From Tagaea sp. (GTDB taxonomy: Bacteria > Pseudomonadota > Alphaproteobacteria > CACIAM-22H2): a DNA stretch of 64,000 bases. The translations under genes and the position numbers were made by a program. The first letter of the stretch is position 1; each line of letters starts with the position of its first letter. The stretch spans positions 192,001 through 256,000 of the forward strand of contig CBDIIB010000004.1 in NCBI GenBank assembly GCA_965279525.1, written 5' to 3'. The notes below the pieces were generated by a model. That model saw only the letters and a program-made list of their open reading frames with translations. It did no database searches and was not told where the DNA came from. Below, piece by piece: positions 9,469 through 20,040 of this stretch.

Positions 9469-10176
9469 TTACCCGCCGAGGAAGATGCGTTGGATTTCCG
9501 GGTTGGCGGCCAGTGCTGCCGCATCACCCGTCCGGCTGTTTTTTCCGTCGACCAGAATGTACGCCTTGCTCGAAATCGCCAAGGCTTCGCTGGCGTTCTG
9601 CTCCACCATCCCGATCGCGAGACCCTCGCGGTTGATCTCGACGATGGCGTCAAACAGTTTTTCGGCGGCCAAGGGCGAAAGACCGGCGGATGGCTCGTCG
9701 AGCATGAGGACGCTAGGCTCGACCATGAGCGCCATTGCCATCGCGAGGATCTGCCGTTCACCGCCCGAAAGCGTCCGTGCTGCGTGCCGCTGCTTCGAGC
9801 CCAGAACGGGGAAACGCTCCATGACGGTCCCGATCCGCTTCGGGACGGCACCGGGGTCGATGTAGCCGCCCATTTCGAGGTTCTCGCGCACGCTCATGGA
9901 AGCGAAAATGTTGTGCTCCTGCGGAACATAGGCGAGCCCGCTGCGGGCGATGTCGCGCGGCAGCCATCGCGTGATGTCCTTGCCGTCGAGCGTTACCGAA
10001 CCGCTTTTCGGTTTGAGAAGCCCCGCGATCGTCTTGAGCAGCGTGGACTTGCCGGCGCCATTCGGTCCGATGATGCAGACGATCTCGCCCTTGCCGACAG
10101 AAAAATCGACCCCCTTCAGGATCTCGTCCGCCGCACCATAGCCCGCGACAATCCCTCTTGCGGCAAGCTCGGCCAT
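9469..10176 (-). CDS. LIV-type ABC ATP-binding protein, LivF-like
   Basis: GPNGAGKST, LSGGERQ, LDEPSAGLSP, VEQNA. Confidence 0.93.
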   Translation of the reverse strand: MAELAARGIVAGYGAADEILKGVDFSVGKGEIVCIIGPNGAGKSTLLKTIAGLLKPKSGSVTLDGKDITRWLPRDIARSGLAYVPQEHNIFASMSVRENLEMGGYIDPGAVPKRIGTVMERFPVLGSKQRHAARTLSGGERQILAMAMALMVEPSVLMLDEPSAGLSPLAAEKLFDAIVEINREGLAIGMVEQNASEALAISSKAYILVDGKNSRTGDAAALAANPEIQRIFLGG

Positions 10177-10949
10177 CAGCTCGCGCTACGCCAGCGGCGA
10201 CCCATGTACGCCTGCTGTACCTGGGCATTGTTGGCGACGTCCTCGAAACCGCCCTCCGCAAGGTGGCGGCCTTCAGCCATCACGATCACGTGGTCGCAAA
10301 GGCGCGCAACCATGTCCATGTGGTGTTCGATAAGGAGGATAGGGAGGCCTTCCTGAGCGAGGGACTTGAGATGCTCGCCGATTTCCCGCGCAAGCGTGGG
10401 ATTGACGCCGGCGACCGGCTCGTCGAGGAGGATCATCTTGGGTTCGGCCATCAGCGCGCGGCCGATCTCGAGAAGCTTCTTCTGCCCTCCGGAGAGGTCC
10501 GACGCCGGATTCCGGATGACCCGCATCAGGTTCAGCCGCGTTGCGACGGCAACCGCACGCTCCACGAGCTCGTCTTCCCGCGCGAGACTTGCCCTCGTCC
10601 GCAGCAGTGAATCCCATATACGTTCACCTGGCTGACCGGGACCGTAGAGCATCAGGTTGTCGAGGACCGACAGGCGCTGGAGGCCTCGGGCGATCTGGAA
10701 TGTTCGTACCAATCCGGCAGTGGTGATCTGGTCGGGCCGCATTCCCGCGATCTCGACACCGTTGAAAGCGATGCGGCCTCCGTCGGGTGGGATCACACCG
10801 GATATGCAATTGAAGAGTGTCGTCTTGCCGGCACCGTTGGGACCGATGAGGCCAGTGATGCCGGCGCCGGGGACAGACAGGGACACGCCGTTCAGCGCAT
10901 TGACGCCATAGAAACTGCGCGTGACGCGTTCGATTTCCAGTAACGCCAT
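10176..10949 (-). CDS. LIV-type ABC ATP-binding protein, LivG-like
   Basis: GPNGAGKTTLFN, RTFQ, LSGGQKKLLEIGRAL, LDEPVAGVNP, IEHHM. Confidence 0.93.
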   Translation of the reverse strand: MALLEIERVTRSFYGVNALNGVSLSVPGAGITGLIGPNGAGKTTLFNCISGVIPPDGGRIAFNGVEIAGMRPDQITTAGLVRTFQIARGLQRLSVLDNLMLYGPGQPGERIWDSLLRTRASLAREDELVERAVAVATRLNLMRVIRNPASDLSGGQKKLLEIGRALMAEPKMILLDEPVAGVNPTLAREIGEHLKSLAQEGLPILLIEHHMDMVARLCDHVIVMAEGRHLAEGGFEDVANNAQVQQAYMGRRWRSAS

Positions 10950-10990
10950 TGCCCGATTGGTTCCGTTAGGTACCGATTTGCGACAAGCAT

Positions 10991-11006
10991 TGCATGGTTC
11001 GGGCCA
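10991..11006 (-). promoter_or_regulatory. Putative sigma-54 (-24/-12) promoter upstream of livG
   Basis: Minus strand reads TGGCCCG-AACC-ATGCA versus consensus TGGCACG-N4-TTGCW; GG-N10-GC spacing is exact; about 40 bp upstream of the livG ATG. Confidence 0.55.
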
Positions 11007-11081
11007 TGGTTCTAGCCCTCGAAGCTCGGTCCGGGCTTGCCGGTTCGACGCAACCGGTACCGGGTGGCCGTCCGATCCCTT

Positions 11082-12080
11082 TCAGCGCCGGGACAGGGCC
11101 TCCGGATTGACGACATGGACAGGCCGCCGTCCGAGCGAGAAGTCGACGATGCTCTGCAGGCCGGTTGCCGCCATGTCGTGGAAGCATTCGTCCGTCCAGC
11201 CCAACGCGTGCGGAGCGAGGATCACGTTGCTCATGCCTTTCAGCGGGTTGTCCGTTGCGGTCGGCTCACGCTCGAATACGTCGAGACCGGCACCGGCGAT
11301 CTGGCCCGCCTGCAAAGCCGCTATCAGAGCCGCTTCGTCGACGACCGGGCCGCGCGCGATGTTGACGAAAAACGCGGTCGGCTTCATCAGTGCGAACTTC
11401 GCCGCATCGAGAAGGTGGCGGGTTTCGTCGGTGAGCAGGCAGCAGCAGACGACGATGTCGCTCTCCTTCATCACGGTTTCGATCGGGGCAAGCGATGCGC
11501 CGAGTGCTGAAACCCGGGCTGCATCGCCATATGGGTCGGCGGCGAGCATCTGCCCGAAAAACGGCCGGGCCAGCCCCATGATCTCCTGCCCGATGCCGCC
11601 AGCACCGATCAGGCCGAGCGTCCGCTTCGTAAGTCCGACACCCATATGGCTCGTGCGCTCGGGCCAACGATCTTCCCGCACCAGCCTGTCCTTTATGAAG
11701 AGGCGCGACGTCAGCGCGAAGATCAGTGTCAGTGCCGCCACTGCCATCGGGCGCCGGATCGCGATCGGCGTGTTGGTAAGGACGACACCGAACTCGACCG
11801 TCGCAGGCACGTCGACGGAATCATATCCGACGCCATGCCGGGCGAGGATTTTCACGCGGCGATCGGCCCGCGCGAGCGATGCCCGCGTGACTTTCGGCGA
11901 GCTGATGTAGACACCGTCATATTGGCTTGCGAGGTCCGGTGTCAGTTCCGCGAACCGCTCGGGGAAATACTCCCACTCGATCGCCGGATTGCCCTTCAGC
12001 ACTTCCAGGGCCTCGTAACCGAAGCTCGGTTCGCCTTTTGCATTGAGGACGTCGCGGGAGATGCCGACCTTGAATTTCAT
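11082..12080 (-). CDS. D-isomer-specific 2-hydroxyacid dehydrogenase family protein
   Basis: RHGVGYD, GAGGIG Rossmann motif, VNIARG, DVFEREP, APH catalytic His. Confidence 0.9.
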   Translation of the reverse strand: MKFKVGISRDVLNAKGEPSFGYEALEVLKGNPAIEWEYFPERFAELTPDLASQYDGVYISSPKVTRASLARADRRVKILARHGVGYDSVDVPATVEFGVVLTNTPIAIRRPMAVAALTLIFALTSRLFIKDRLVREDRWPERTSHMGVGLTKRTLGLIGAGGIGQEIMGLARPFFGQMLAADPYGDAARVSALGASLAPIETVMKESDIVVCCCLLTDETRHLLDAAKFALMKPTAFFVNIARGPVVDEAALIAALQAGQIAGAGLDVFEREPTATDNPLKGMSNVILAPHALGWTDECFHDMAATGLQSIVDFSLGRRPVHVVNPEALSRR

Positions 12081-12200
12081 GGCTTCGCTCGAAGGGCACG
12101 GAGGGAACAGGTTACACCGTGCATGATAGCCGGATCTTTGCGGGCCGCCAGTGTGCTGAAGCCGGTTGAGCGGACAATTGGGTGATGCGAGACTGACGTC

Positions 12201-12509
12201 ATGGAATTCGAGGCATTCAGGAAGTCGCTTTCAGAAGCCGCACCGCCCGCCGGTTTGCCGCGACCACTGGAGGCGATCTGGCTGGCTTCCAAGGGCGATT
12301 GGAAAGCCGCCCATGAGCTCGTGCAGATGGACGAAGGGGAGGCGCGCCATGATTGGGTCCACGCCTGCCTCCATCGGATCGAAGGCGACGCGAGCAACGC
12401 GGGCTATTGGTACCGCAGAGCCAAACAGCCGCCGGCGACCGGCCCTTTCGACGTCGAACTGATGGCCATTGCCAGGACGCTGCTGGCGGCTTCCCACGGA
12501 CGAGATTGA
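12201..12509 (+). CDS. Conserved hypothetical protein
   Basis: 102 aa with GDWxxAHxxVQ...WVHAxLHRxEGDxxNAxYWYRRA, a pattern I recognise as a widespread uncharacterised family. Confidence 0.75.
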   Translation: MEFEAFRKSLSEAAPPAGLPRPLEAIWLASKGDWKAAHELVQMDEGEARHDWVHACLHRIEGDASNAGYWYRRAKQPPATGPFDVELMAIARTLLAASHGRD

Positions 12510-12513
12510 CGAT

Positions 12514-13125
12514 ATGGAAAACGCACATCGTTCGCAGCTGCTCCAGGCCGAATGGGCCTATGTCGAGAAGCAGTCCCTCGACGAGTTCGGGGCGATCGAA
12601 TGGAACCTGCTGAAGGCGCAAAGGGCGCCTTACATGGCCCAGCAGCAGGCCAGCCAGGCGCTGCGATTCCTCGTCGCGTCGAAGGACGACCCGACATTCG
12701 GCTATCAGGTGAACAACTATCGGCACAGCATCCAGTCGGCGAGCCTGGCGCTTGCCGACGGACGGCCGGAAGACTATGTCGTCGCGGCGCTTCTGCACGA
12801 CATCGGCTTCATTGCCTGCCAGCCGACACATGGCGCTTTTTCTGCGCGACTTCTGGCACCTTTTGTCGGCGACGACATCGTCTGGATGCTCGAGCGGCAC
12901 ATGTACTTCCAGGCGATCCACTATCACGAGCATCCCGATGCGGATCGGTTCGCCCGCGAGAAGTGGCGGGGCCATCCGAACTTCGTCATGACCGCAGAGT
13001 TCGTCGCGAAGTACGACCAGAACACGATCGATCCCGCGATACGGGAAGTGCCTATCGAGGTATTCGAGCCGATGGTCCGTCGGGTATTCGCGCGCCCGCC
13101 GCGTGCGATGGCGCTTCCCGACTAG
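12514..13125 (+). CDS. HD-domain protein, PhnZ/TmpB/MIOX-like diiron subfamily
   Basis: H(SIQSA)...LLHDIG...H(GAF)...H(MYFQ)...YDQ gives the H-HD-H-H-D ligand set. Start re-called at MENAHRS. Confidence 0.75.
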   Translation: MENAHRSQLLQAEWAYVEKQSLDEFGAIEWNLLKAQRAPYMAQQQASQALRFLVASKDDPTFGYQVNNYRHSIQSASLALADGRPEDYVVAALLHDIGFIACQPTHGAFSARLLAPFVGDDIVWMLERHMYFQAIHYHEHPDADRFAREKWRGHPNFVMTAEFVAKYDQNTIDPAIREVPIEVFEPMVRRVFARPPRAMALPD

Positions 13126-13290
13126 ATGGCTGTCCCGGAACCGAGACAACCGGGACAATTGAACGATACTCGCCCCTTGAAGCCTTTGGCACTCGACGCA
13201 TAGCATATGGACTGCAGCCGGGCGTCGCCCGGGAATCTTCAGCATTTCCGCTCGCAACCAAGTCTTGCAATCCGGCCGGAGGTCAGCCCA

Positions 13291-14889
13291 GTGATTAAAC
13301 GCCGAACCTTGCTTTCCGCCGGTGCCGCGGTTGCGGCCGCGACGACATTCGGGCACCGGTCGTTTGCCCAATCGCCGCGCCGCGGCGGCCGGCTGATCGT
13401 GGCTGCGGACTCCGAGCCGCGAAACCTCAATCCCGCGATGATCGCCTCGAACGGCGTCTTCCATGTTTCCTCGAAGATCGTGGAGCCGCTGGCCGAGGCC
13501 GCCTACGGCACACCGGATGGTCTGGCGCCACGTCTCGCCACGAGCTGGGCGGGTTCCAGCGACGGGCGTTCGATCACCTTCCGCCTGCGGGCCGGCGTGA
13601 CGTGGCACGACGGCCAGCCGTTCACCTCGGCCGACGTCGCATTCTCGGCCATGGAAGTTTGGAAGAAGGTCCAGAGCTTCGGGCGGATCGTGTTCAAGGA
13701 TCTTGCCGCAGTCGAGACGCCGGATGCCCTGACCGCGATATTTCGCTTTTCCGAGCCGACCCCGTTCCAGCTGATCCGCAATGCCCTTCCGGCGTTGACT
13801 GCGGTCGTCCCGAAGCACCTCTACGAAGGAACCGACATATCGGCGAACAAGGCGAACGCGGCACCCGTCGGCACCGGCCCCTTCCGCTTTGCCGAAACGA
13901 AACCAGGCGAGTACACGCGTCTCACGCGCAACCCGGCCTATTGGGCGGCGGGACAACCTTACCTCGACGAGATCGTGTACCGGGTTCTCCCGGATCGTGC
14001 CGCGGCAGCCGGTGCGCTGGAAGCGGGGGAGATCCATCTGGCTGCGTTCTCCCAGGTCCCGCTGGCGGATCTTGCACGCGTCGGCAACCTGCGTGGCCTC
14101 TCCGTCGTGACGAAAGGCTATGAGGCGCTGACGTATCAGCTGATCGTCGAGATGAACCACCGGCGCACCGAACTCGCCGACGTGCGTGTCCGCCGTGCGA
14201 TCGCGCACGCGATCGACAGGGACTTCGTCGTCAAGACGGTATTTCTCGGATTTGCGACGGCCTCGGACGGCCCGGTTCCGAAGTACGACGGGCAGTTCCA
14301 TGCCGCCGGGCTCGCCATGCCCGGCTTCGACGTCGCGCGGGCGAACGCACTGCTCGACGAGGCGGGCCATCGGCGCGATGCGCGAGGCGTCCGCTTCAAG
14401 CTGCGGCTGCTGCCGGCCCCGTTCTTCAATGAAACGCGCCAGTTCGGTGCCTATCTGCGCCAGGCGCTTGCCGCCATCGGCATCGACGCGGAACTCGTCA
14501 ACAACGATACGGCGGCACATCTGAAGGCCGTCTATACGGACCATGCATTCGATATCGCCGTAAACCCGCCGGTCTATCGCGGCGATCCGGCGATCTCGAC
14601 GACGATCCTTGCGCAGGGCGGGCTGCCGGCCGGCGTTCCGTTCGCCAACCAGGGCGGTTATCGCGATGCGCAGATGGATGCGTTGATCGCCCGCGCGGCC
14701 GGTACGCTCGACGAGGCCCAACGCACGGGCCTCTACCACGAGTTCCAGCGCAAGGTTGTTGCCGATCTTCCGTTCATCAATGTGGCGGAGTGGGGCTTCA
14801 CTTCGGTCGCGAGCGCGAAGGTCCGGAACGTCGATTCAAATCCCCGCTGGGCGGTATCGAACTGGGCGGACGTCTGGCTCGACGCCTGA
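13291..14889 (+). CDS. ABC peptide/nickel (family 5) substrate-binding protein, Tat signal
   Basis: GTG start after GGAGG; KRRTLL signal; LRAGVTWHDGQPFTSADVAFS, PVGTGPF, VRRAIAHAIDR. Confidence 0.92.
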   Translation: MIKRRTLLSAGAAVAAATTFGHRSFAQSPRRGGRLIVAADSEPRNLNPAMIASNGVFHVSSKIVEPLAEAAYGTPDGLAPRLATSWAGSSDGRSITFRLRAGVTWHDGQPFTSADVAFSAMEVWKKVQSFGRIVFKDLAAVETPDALTAIFRFSEPTPFQLIRNALPALTAVVPKHLYEGTDISANKANAAPVGTGPFRFAETKPGEYTRLTRNPAYWAAGQPYLDEIVYRVLPDRAAAAGALEAGEIHLAAFSQVPLADLARVGNLRGLSVVTKGYEALTYQLIVEMNHRRTELADVRVRRAIAHAIDRDFVVKTVFLGFATASDGPVPKYDGQFHAAGLAMPGFDVARANALLDEAGHRRDARGVRFKLRLLPAPFFNETRQFGAYLRQALAAIGIDAELVNNDTAAHLKAVYTDHAFDIAVNPPVYRGDPAISTTILAQGGLPAGVPFANQGGYRDAQMDALIARAAGTLDEAQRTGLYHEFQRKVVADLPFINVAEWGFTSVASAKVRNVDSNPRWAVSNWADVWLDA

Positions 14890-15875
14890 TGCGTTCGGCA
14901 CGGCTGATCTCCCGCCGCCTGCTCGGGATCGTCCCTGTTCTCGGTATCGTCGTCGTGGGCACGTTTTTCCTGCTCGAGGCGTCACAGGGCGATGCCGTCG
15001 ACGCCTATCTCGTTTCCACCGGTGGCGACCGGGCGTTGGCGGATCAGATGCGCCGCGAGTGGGGTCTCGACAGCGGACCGTGGCAGCGCCTTGTCTTCTA
15101 CGTCAGTTCGCTTCTCCGGCTGGATTTCGGCTGGTCGGTCGCGTTTTCAAGGCCTGTACTCCAGGTCATCCTGGAGCGCCTTCCCAACACGCTACTGTTG
15201 ATGGGGACATCGGTCGCACTTGCCTTCGGCGTCGGCTCGCTCCTCGGCATCGTCGCGGCTGACCGGCCCGGTAGCGCGCTGGACCGGGCGCTTTCCCTCG
15301 GCTCGCTCGCCGTTTACGCGATCCCGGGATTCTGGCTCGGTCTTGTCCTGATCGTCGTGTTCGCCGTCCAGCTGAGGCTGTTGCCGAGCGGCGGGATCGA
15401 GACGATCGCGTCGGGAAAGCAGGGGCTCGATCGTGCCGCAGACATCGCGCGGCATCTGGTGCTTCCGGTCGGTGCACTCGGTGCGCTCTATCTCGCACTT
15501 TATCTGCGGATGATGCGCGCAGGCATGGCGGAAGTCTGGCGGCAGGATTTCATCCGTGCAGCCTTCGCCCGAGGCCTTTCACGCCGTCGCGTCGTCTGGC
15601 GCCATGTCGCGCGCAATGCGCTGCTTCCGCTCGTGACGATGTTGGGGTTGCAGGCGGCATCGCTGCTTGGCGGCAGTGTCGTGATCGAGAGCGTCTTTGC
15701 CGTACCGGGGCTCGGACGGCTCGCCCACGAAGCGGTGGCGCAGCGCGACACACCGTTGCTGCTCGGCGTCATTCTCGTGGGTTCGTTCGTCGTGATCGCG
15801 GTCAATCTCGCCGTGGACCTGCTTTATGCCGCACTTGACCCGCGCGTCGGCGCCGGGCCGGAGACAGGTGCATGA
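14889..15875 (+). CDS. ABC peptide transporter permease, DppB-like
   Basis: TGATG coupling to the upstream gene; LDFGWS, ERLPNT, HVARNALLP, IESVFAVPGLG, LYAALDPRV. Confidence 0.92.
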   Translation: MRSARLISRRLLGIVPVLGIVVVGTFFLLEASQGDAVDAYLVSTGGDRALADQMRREWGLDSGPWQRLVFYVSSLLRLDFGWSVAFSRPVLQVILERLPNTLLLMGTSVALAFGVGSLLGIVAADRPGSALDRALSLGSLAVYAIPGFWLGLVLIVVFAVQLRLLPSGGIETIASGKQGLDRAADIARHLVLPVGALGALYLALYLRMMRAGMAEVWRQDFIRAAFARGLSRRRVVWRHVARNALLPLVTMLGLQAASLLGGSVVIESVFAVPGLGRLAHEAVAQRDTPLLLGVILVGSFVVIAVNLAVDLLYAALDPRVGAGPETGA

Positions 15876-16702
15876 CTGCCTTTCGCCGCTTCGCTGCCTC
15901 GATCGATGGAATGGTCGGCGCCGGCCTGATCGTCGTGCTTGCCGCAGTCGCGGTTTTGGCGCCGGTCTTCTACCCGGGCGATCCGCTGTCAATCGTTGGC
16001 GGTCCGATGACGCGGCCGTTTGTCGAATGGGCGACACCGCTCGGGACCGACCGCCTAGGGCGCGATCTCCTTGCGGGTCTGCTGCATGGCACGCGCACGT
16101 CGATGATCGTCGGACTGTTCGCGGCACTCGCGGCCATATCCATCGGTGCCGCGATCGGCGTCGTCGCCGGACTTGCCGGCGGATGGACCGACGAAGTCCT
16201 GATGCGGATCACCGAGGCCTTCCAGACGGTGCCGGGATTCCTGCTGGCACTTGCATTCATCAGCGTCGTCGGCCCGTCGCTCTGGATGGTCGTGCTGGCG
16301 ATCGCGCTCGGCGCATGGACGGGACCGGCGCGTCTGGTGCGCGCCGAAGTGCTGTCGATCCGCGAACGGGATTTCGTCGCGGCCGCGCGGGTCGTCGGCA
16401 TGCACCCGTTCGAGATCGCATGGCGGGAAGTGCTGCCGCACGCGTTGCCGCCGGTCATCTCGCTCGCGTCCGTGATCGTCGCGGGCGCGATCCTGACCGA
16501 GGCGGCCCTGTCGTTTCTCGGCCTCGGCGATCCCAACAGCGTCACCTGGGGCGGGTTGATCGCGGAAGGGCGATCCGTGCTGCGAAGTGCCCCCTATCTT
16601 TCGATCGTGCCGGGCATCGCACTTCTGACGACGGTGCTTTCCGTGCACCTCGCAGGGGAAGGGATCGTCGCGGCCCTTTCCGGCCGCCGGATCGTCGCAT
16701 GA
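15872..16702 (+). CDS. ABC peptide transporter permease, DppC-like
   Basis: LGTDRLGRD, ARLVRAEVLS, EAALSFLGLG. Confidence 0.92.
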   Translation: MTAFRRFAASIDGMVGAGLIVVLAAVAVLAPVFYPGDPLSIVGGPMTRPFVEWATPLGTDRLGRDLLAGLLHGTRTSMIVGLFAALAAISIGAAIGVVAGLAGGWTDEVLMRITEAFQTVPGFLLALAFISVVGPSLWMVVLAIALGAWTGPARLVRAEVLSIRERDFVAAARVVGMHPFEIAWREVLPHALPPVISLASVIVAGAILTEAALSFLGLGDPNSVTWGGLIAEGRSVLRSAPYLSIVPGIALLTTVLSVHLAGEGIVAALSGRRIVA

Positions 16703-17642
16703 CTGCAGAAGTCCTCGTCCGACTCTCGGATTTCGGCGTCCGATATGCGCCCGGATCAGCATCGGCGATTTCAGGCGTCTCGCTTGCGCTTGCCAAGGGC
16801 GACCGTCTGGCGGTGATCGGCGAAAGCGGGTCGGGCAAGACGACGATGGCTTTGGCGATCGCCGACCTCCTTCCTTCGGGGGCGGTCACGGCGGGGCAGA
16901 TCGATTGGCCGACGTTCGGCGGTCGTCCCCGGCACGGCCGCGACATCGGATACGTGTTCCAGGATCCGTCCGGCAGCCTCGATCCGGTGATGCGGATCGG
17001 CAGGCAGATCGCCGAAGTCGTCGGGGCACACGAAACGATCGATCTCGACGCTGCCCGGAACCGGACGGTCGAGCTTCTGCGGCAAGTCGAACTGCCGGAT
17101 CCCGCCCAGATCGCCGAGGCTTTTCCCCACCAGCTTTCGGGCGGTCAGCGGCAGCGTGTGGCACTGGCGCTGGCGCTGGCCGCCCGCCCGTCCATTCTTG
17201 TCGCCGACGAGGCGACCAGCGCGCTGGACCCTGTTGTCCAACGCAAGCTCGTCGAACTTGTCGCAAGGCTGTGCAGCGAGCACGGATTGACCCTCGTTTT
17301 CGTCACGCACGACATCGCACTCGCGGCCGGGCTCGGGACGCGGCTTGCCGTCGTATACTCGGCACGAATCGTCGAACTCGGTCCGGCCGACCTCACGCTC
17401 TCCGACCCGGGCCATCCGTATACGAAGGCGCTGATCGCGAGCCATCTGGGACTGGACCGGCCGAGGTCCGGCCGGCTGTTCACGATCGACGGCCAGCCGC
17501 CGGACCCGACCCACGTGCTGCCGGGCTGCCGGTTCGCGCCGAGGTGCCGGAAGGCAGCACCGGCGTGCGTGCGGTCCGAGCCGCCGTGGATGGGGAAGGC
17601 CGACGACGGTGCGGCCTGCATCTTCCCGATCGGGCGCCACGC

Positions 17643-17646
<4 letters not shown>
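16699..17646 (+). CDS. ABC peptide transporter ATP-binding protein, DppD-like
   Basis: ATGA overlap; GESGSGKT, FPHQLSGGQRQR, HPYT and GCRFAPRC C-terminal oligopeptide-ATPase motifs. Confidence 0.92.
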
Positions 17647-18443
<797 letters not shown>

Positions 18444-19235
18444 GCGCCGAACTCGGCGATGAAGTCGCATGACACGCACGCGTGCACGCGGCCCTGGCGG
18501 TTGTCGAACGTCGCCTTCGGCGCCACCGGAAAGACCGGCTGGTGCCAGACGCCGGGATCGACATGGACGCCGCAGCTGCCGTCGAAATGGAAGGCGACGA
18601 AGTGCTCGGCCTTGACGTCGTCGCCGGGTTTCGCGAGCAATGCGACGAACGAAGCGCCGCCGCGCGGCATGAAGATCTGCCCGCCATCGGGATGATAGTT
18701 GGCCTCGTGCGTGAAGATGCGCGTGGCATCGACCGGTGCCACATCTTCGCGGGCGGCCGCCGGATCGTCGAACCAGCCCGTGATGTAGCCGCGCCCGACG
18801 GCGTGGTTGACGGCATGCAGGACCTGCCCGCGGCGGACCATCTCGAACGTATCCTCGACGACGCCACCCTCGTTGCCCGTCCCGTCGACGATCGGGCGCC
18901 AGCCCGGCTGCGGCCAGGTGACGATCGTGACCTTCGCGTGCGCGAAGTCGCGGACGAGATGGCCGTACCCCTTCAGGCTTTCGGCGGTCGCCTTGACCAG
19001 AGGTGCGTCGACCACGCGGGCTTCACCGCGCGCGATGGAGGGCATCGCGTCGAGGTCGATGCCCGTGAAATTGGAAAAGGCGACTTCGCCCGGCATGCTG
19101 CACCCCGTGTCGTGAAGGACAATACTGTCGCAATCGGGAGTTCGAGGCAACTGACGCGGGCTTGCAAAGCTTGATAGAATGGCCACATTGGACGACATGG
19201 TCCCGGAAGGAAGCCCGAGAATGGAGAACGGACAG

Positions 19236-19697
19236 ATGCAGCGTCGCCACGTCCTGCGCACGGGCGGCGGACTGTGCCTGCTGGCGGCACTTTCGGCGGC
19301 GGGGTTCCTCGTGCCGAAGGCGGCGCTTGCCGCGTGGAACAAGACGGCTTTCGAGGGAAAGACTATTGCCGATGCGATGAAGGCGCTGGGGGCAAACGCC
19401 CCGGCCACGAGCGGCGACATCCAGATCGTCGTGGCAGACATCGCCGACAACGGTGCCGTGGTCCCGGTCCAGGTCGTCAGCCGGATCGCGAACACGCAGC
19501 AGATCGCGATCATGGTCGAGAAGAACCCGAACGTGCTGGCGGCGGTTTTCGATGTCGGACCCGATCTCGTGCCGGATTTCTCGACGCGCATCAAGATGGC
19601 CGAGACGGCGAACGTCGTCGTGCTCGTGAAATCGGCGGGCGGTTTTGCGATGGCATCCAAGGAAGTGAAGGTGACCATCGGCGGCTGCGGCGGCTGA
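19236..19697 (+). CDS. soxY: Thiosulfate oxidation carrier protein SoxY
   Basis: QRRHVL Tat signal; IADNGAVVPV; invariant C-terminal KVTIGGCGG swinging arm. Alternative start 19221. Confidence 0.95.
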   Translation: MQRRHVLRTGGGLCLLAALSAAGFLVPKAALAAWNKTAFEGKTIADAMKALGANAPATSGDIQIVVADIADNGAVVPVQVVSRIANTQQIAIMVEKNPNVLAAVFDVGPDLVPDFSTRIKMAETANVVVLVKSAGGFAMASKEVKVTIGGCGG

Positions 19698-19725
19698 CGG
19701 TCAATCCGGGATTCGAGAGGACGTG

Positions 19726-20037
19726 ATGGCAAATCCGATGCGCATCCGCGCGAACACCAAGGACGGCGTGACCGAGATCCGCGTCCTGATGAGCCACGAG
19801 ATGGAGACCGGCCAGCGGCATGGTGCGGCGGGTGCCGTCGTGCCGGCGTGGTTCATCACGGAAGTGACGGCGACGATCAACGGCCGTCAGGTGATGCAGG
19901 CCCAGTGGGGCCCGTCGATCGCCAAGAACCCGTATTACGCCTTCAAGGTGAAGGGTGGGGCGGTCGGCGACAAGGTCAGCATCACCTGGGTCGACAACCG
20001 GGGCGAGACGCGGACGGACGAGGCCGTGATCGCCTGA
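19726..20037 (+). CDS. soxZ: Thiosulfate oxidation carrier complex protein SoxZ
   Basis: HEMETGQR, SIAKNPY, WVDNRG; directly follows soxY. Confidence 0.95.
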   Translation: MANPMRIRANTKDGVTEIRVLMSHEMETGQRHGAAGAVVPAWFITEVTATINGRQVMQAQWGPSIAKNPYYAFKVKGGAVGDKVSITWVDNRGETRTDEAVIA

Positions 20038-20040
20038 AAC

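Noticed and set aside
13187-13204. TGGCAC upstream of the Dpp binding protein as a sigma-54 promoter
   Set aside because: The GC dinucleotide is not at the required GG-N10-GC spacing.
12217-14739. 840-aa minus-strand ORF, and similar long antisense ORFs (7319-9040, 38435-40546, 49335-50987, 54458-56482, 59292-60884)
   Set aside because: Shadow ORFs opposite well-supported genes; Arg-rich with no motifs, as expected in high-GC DNA.
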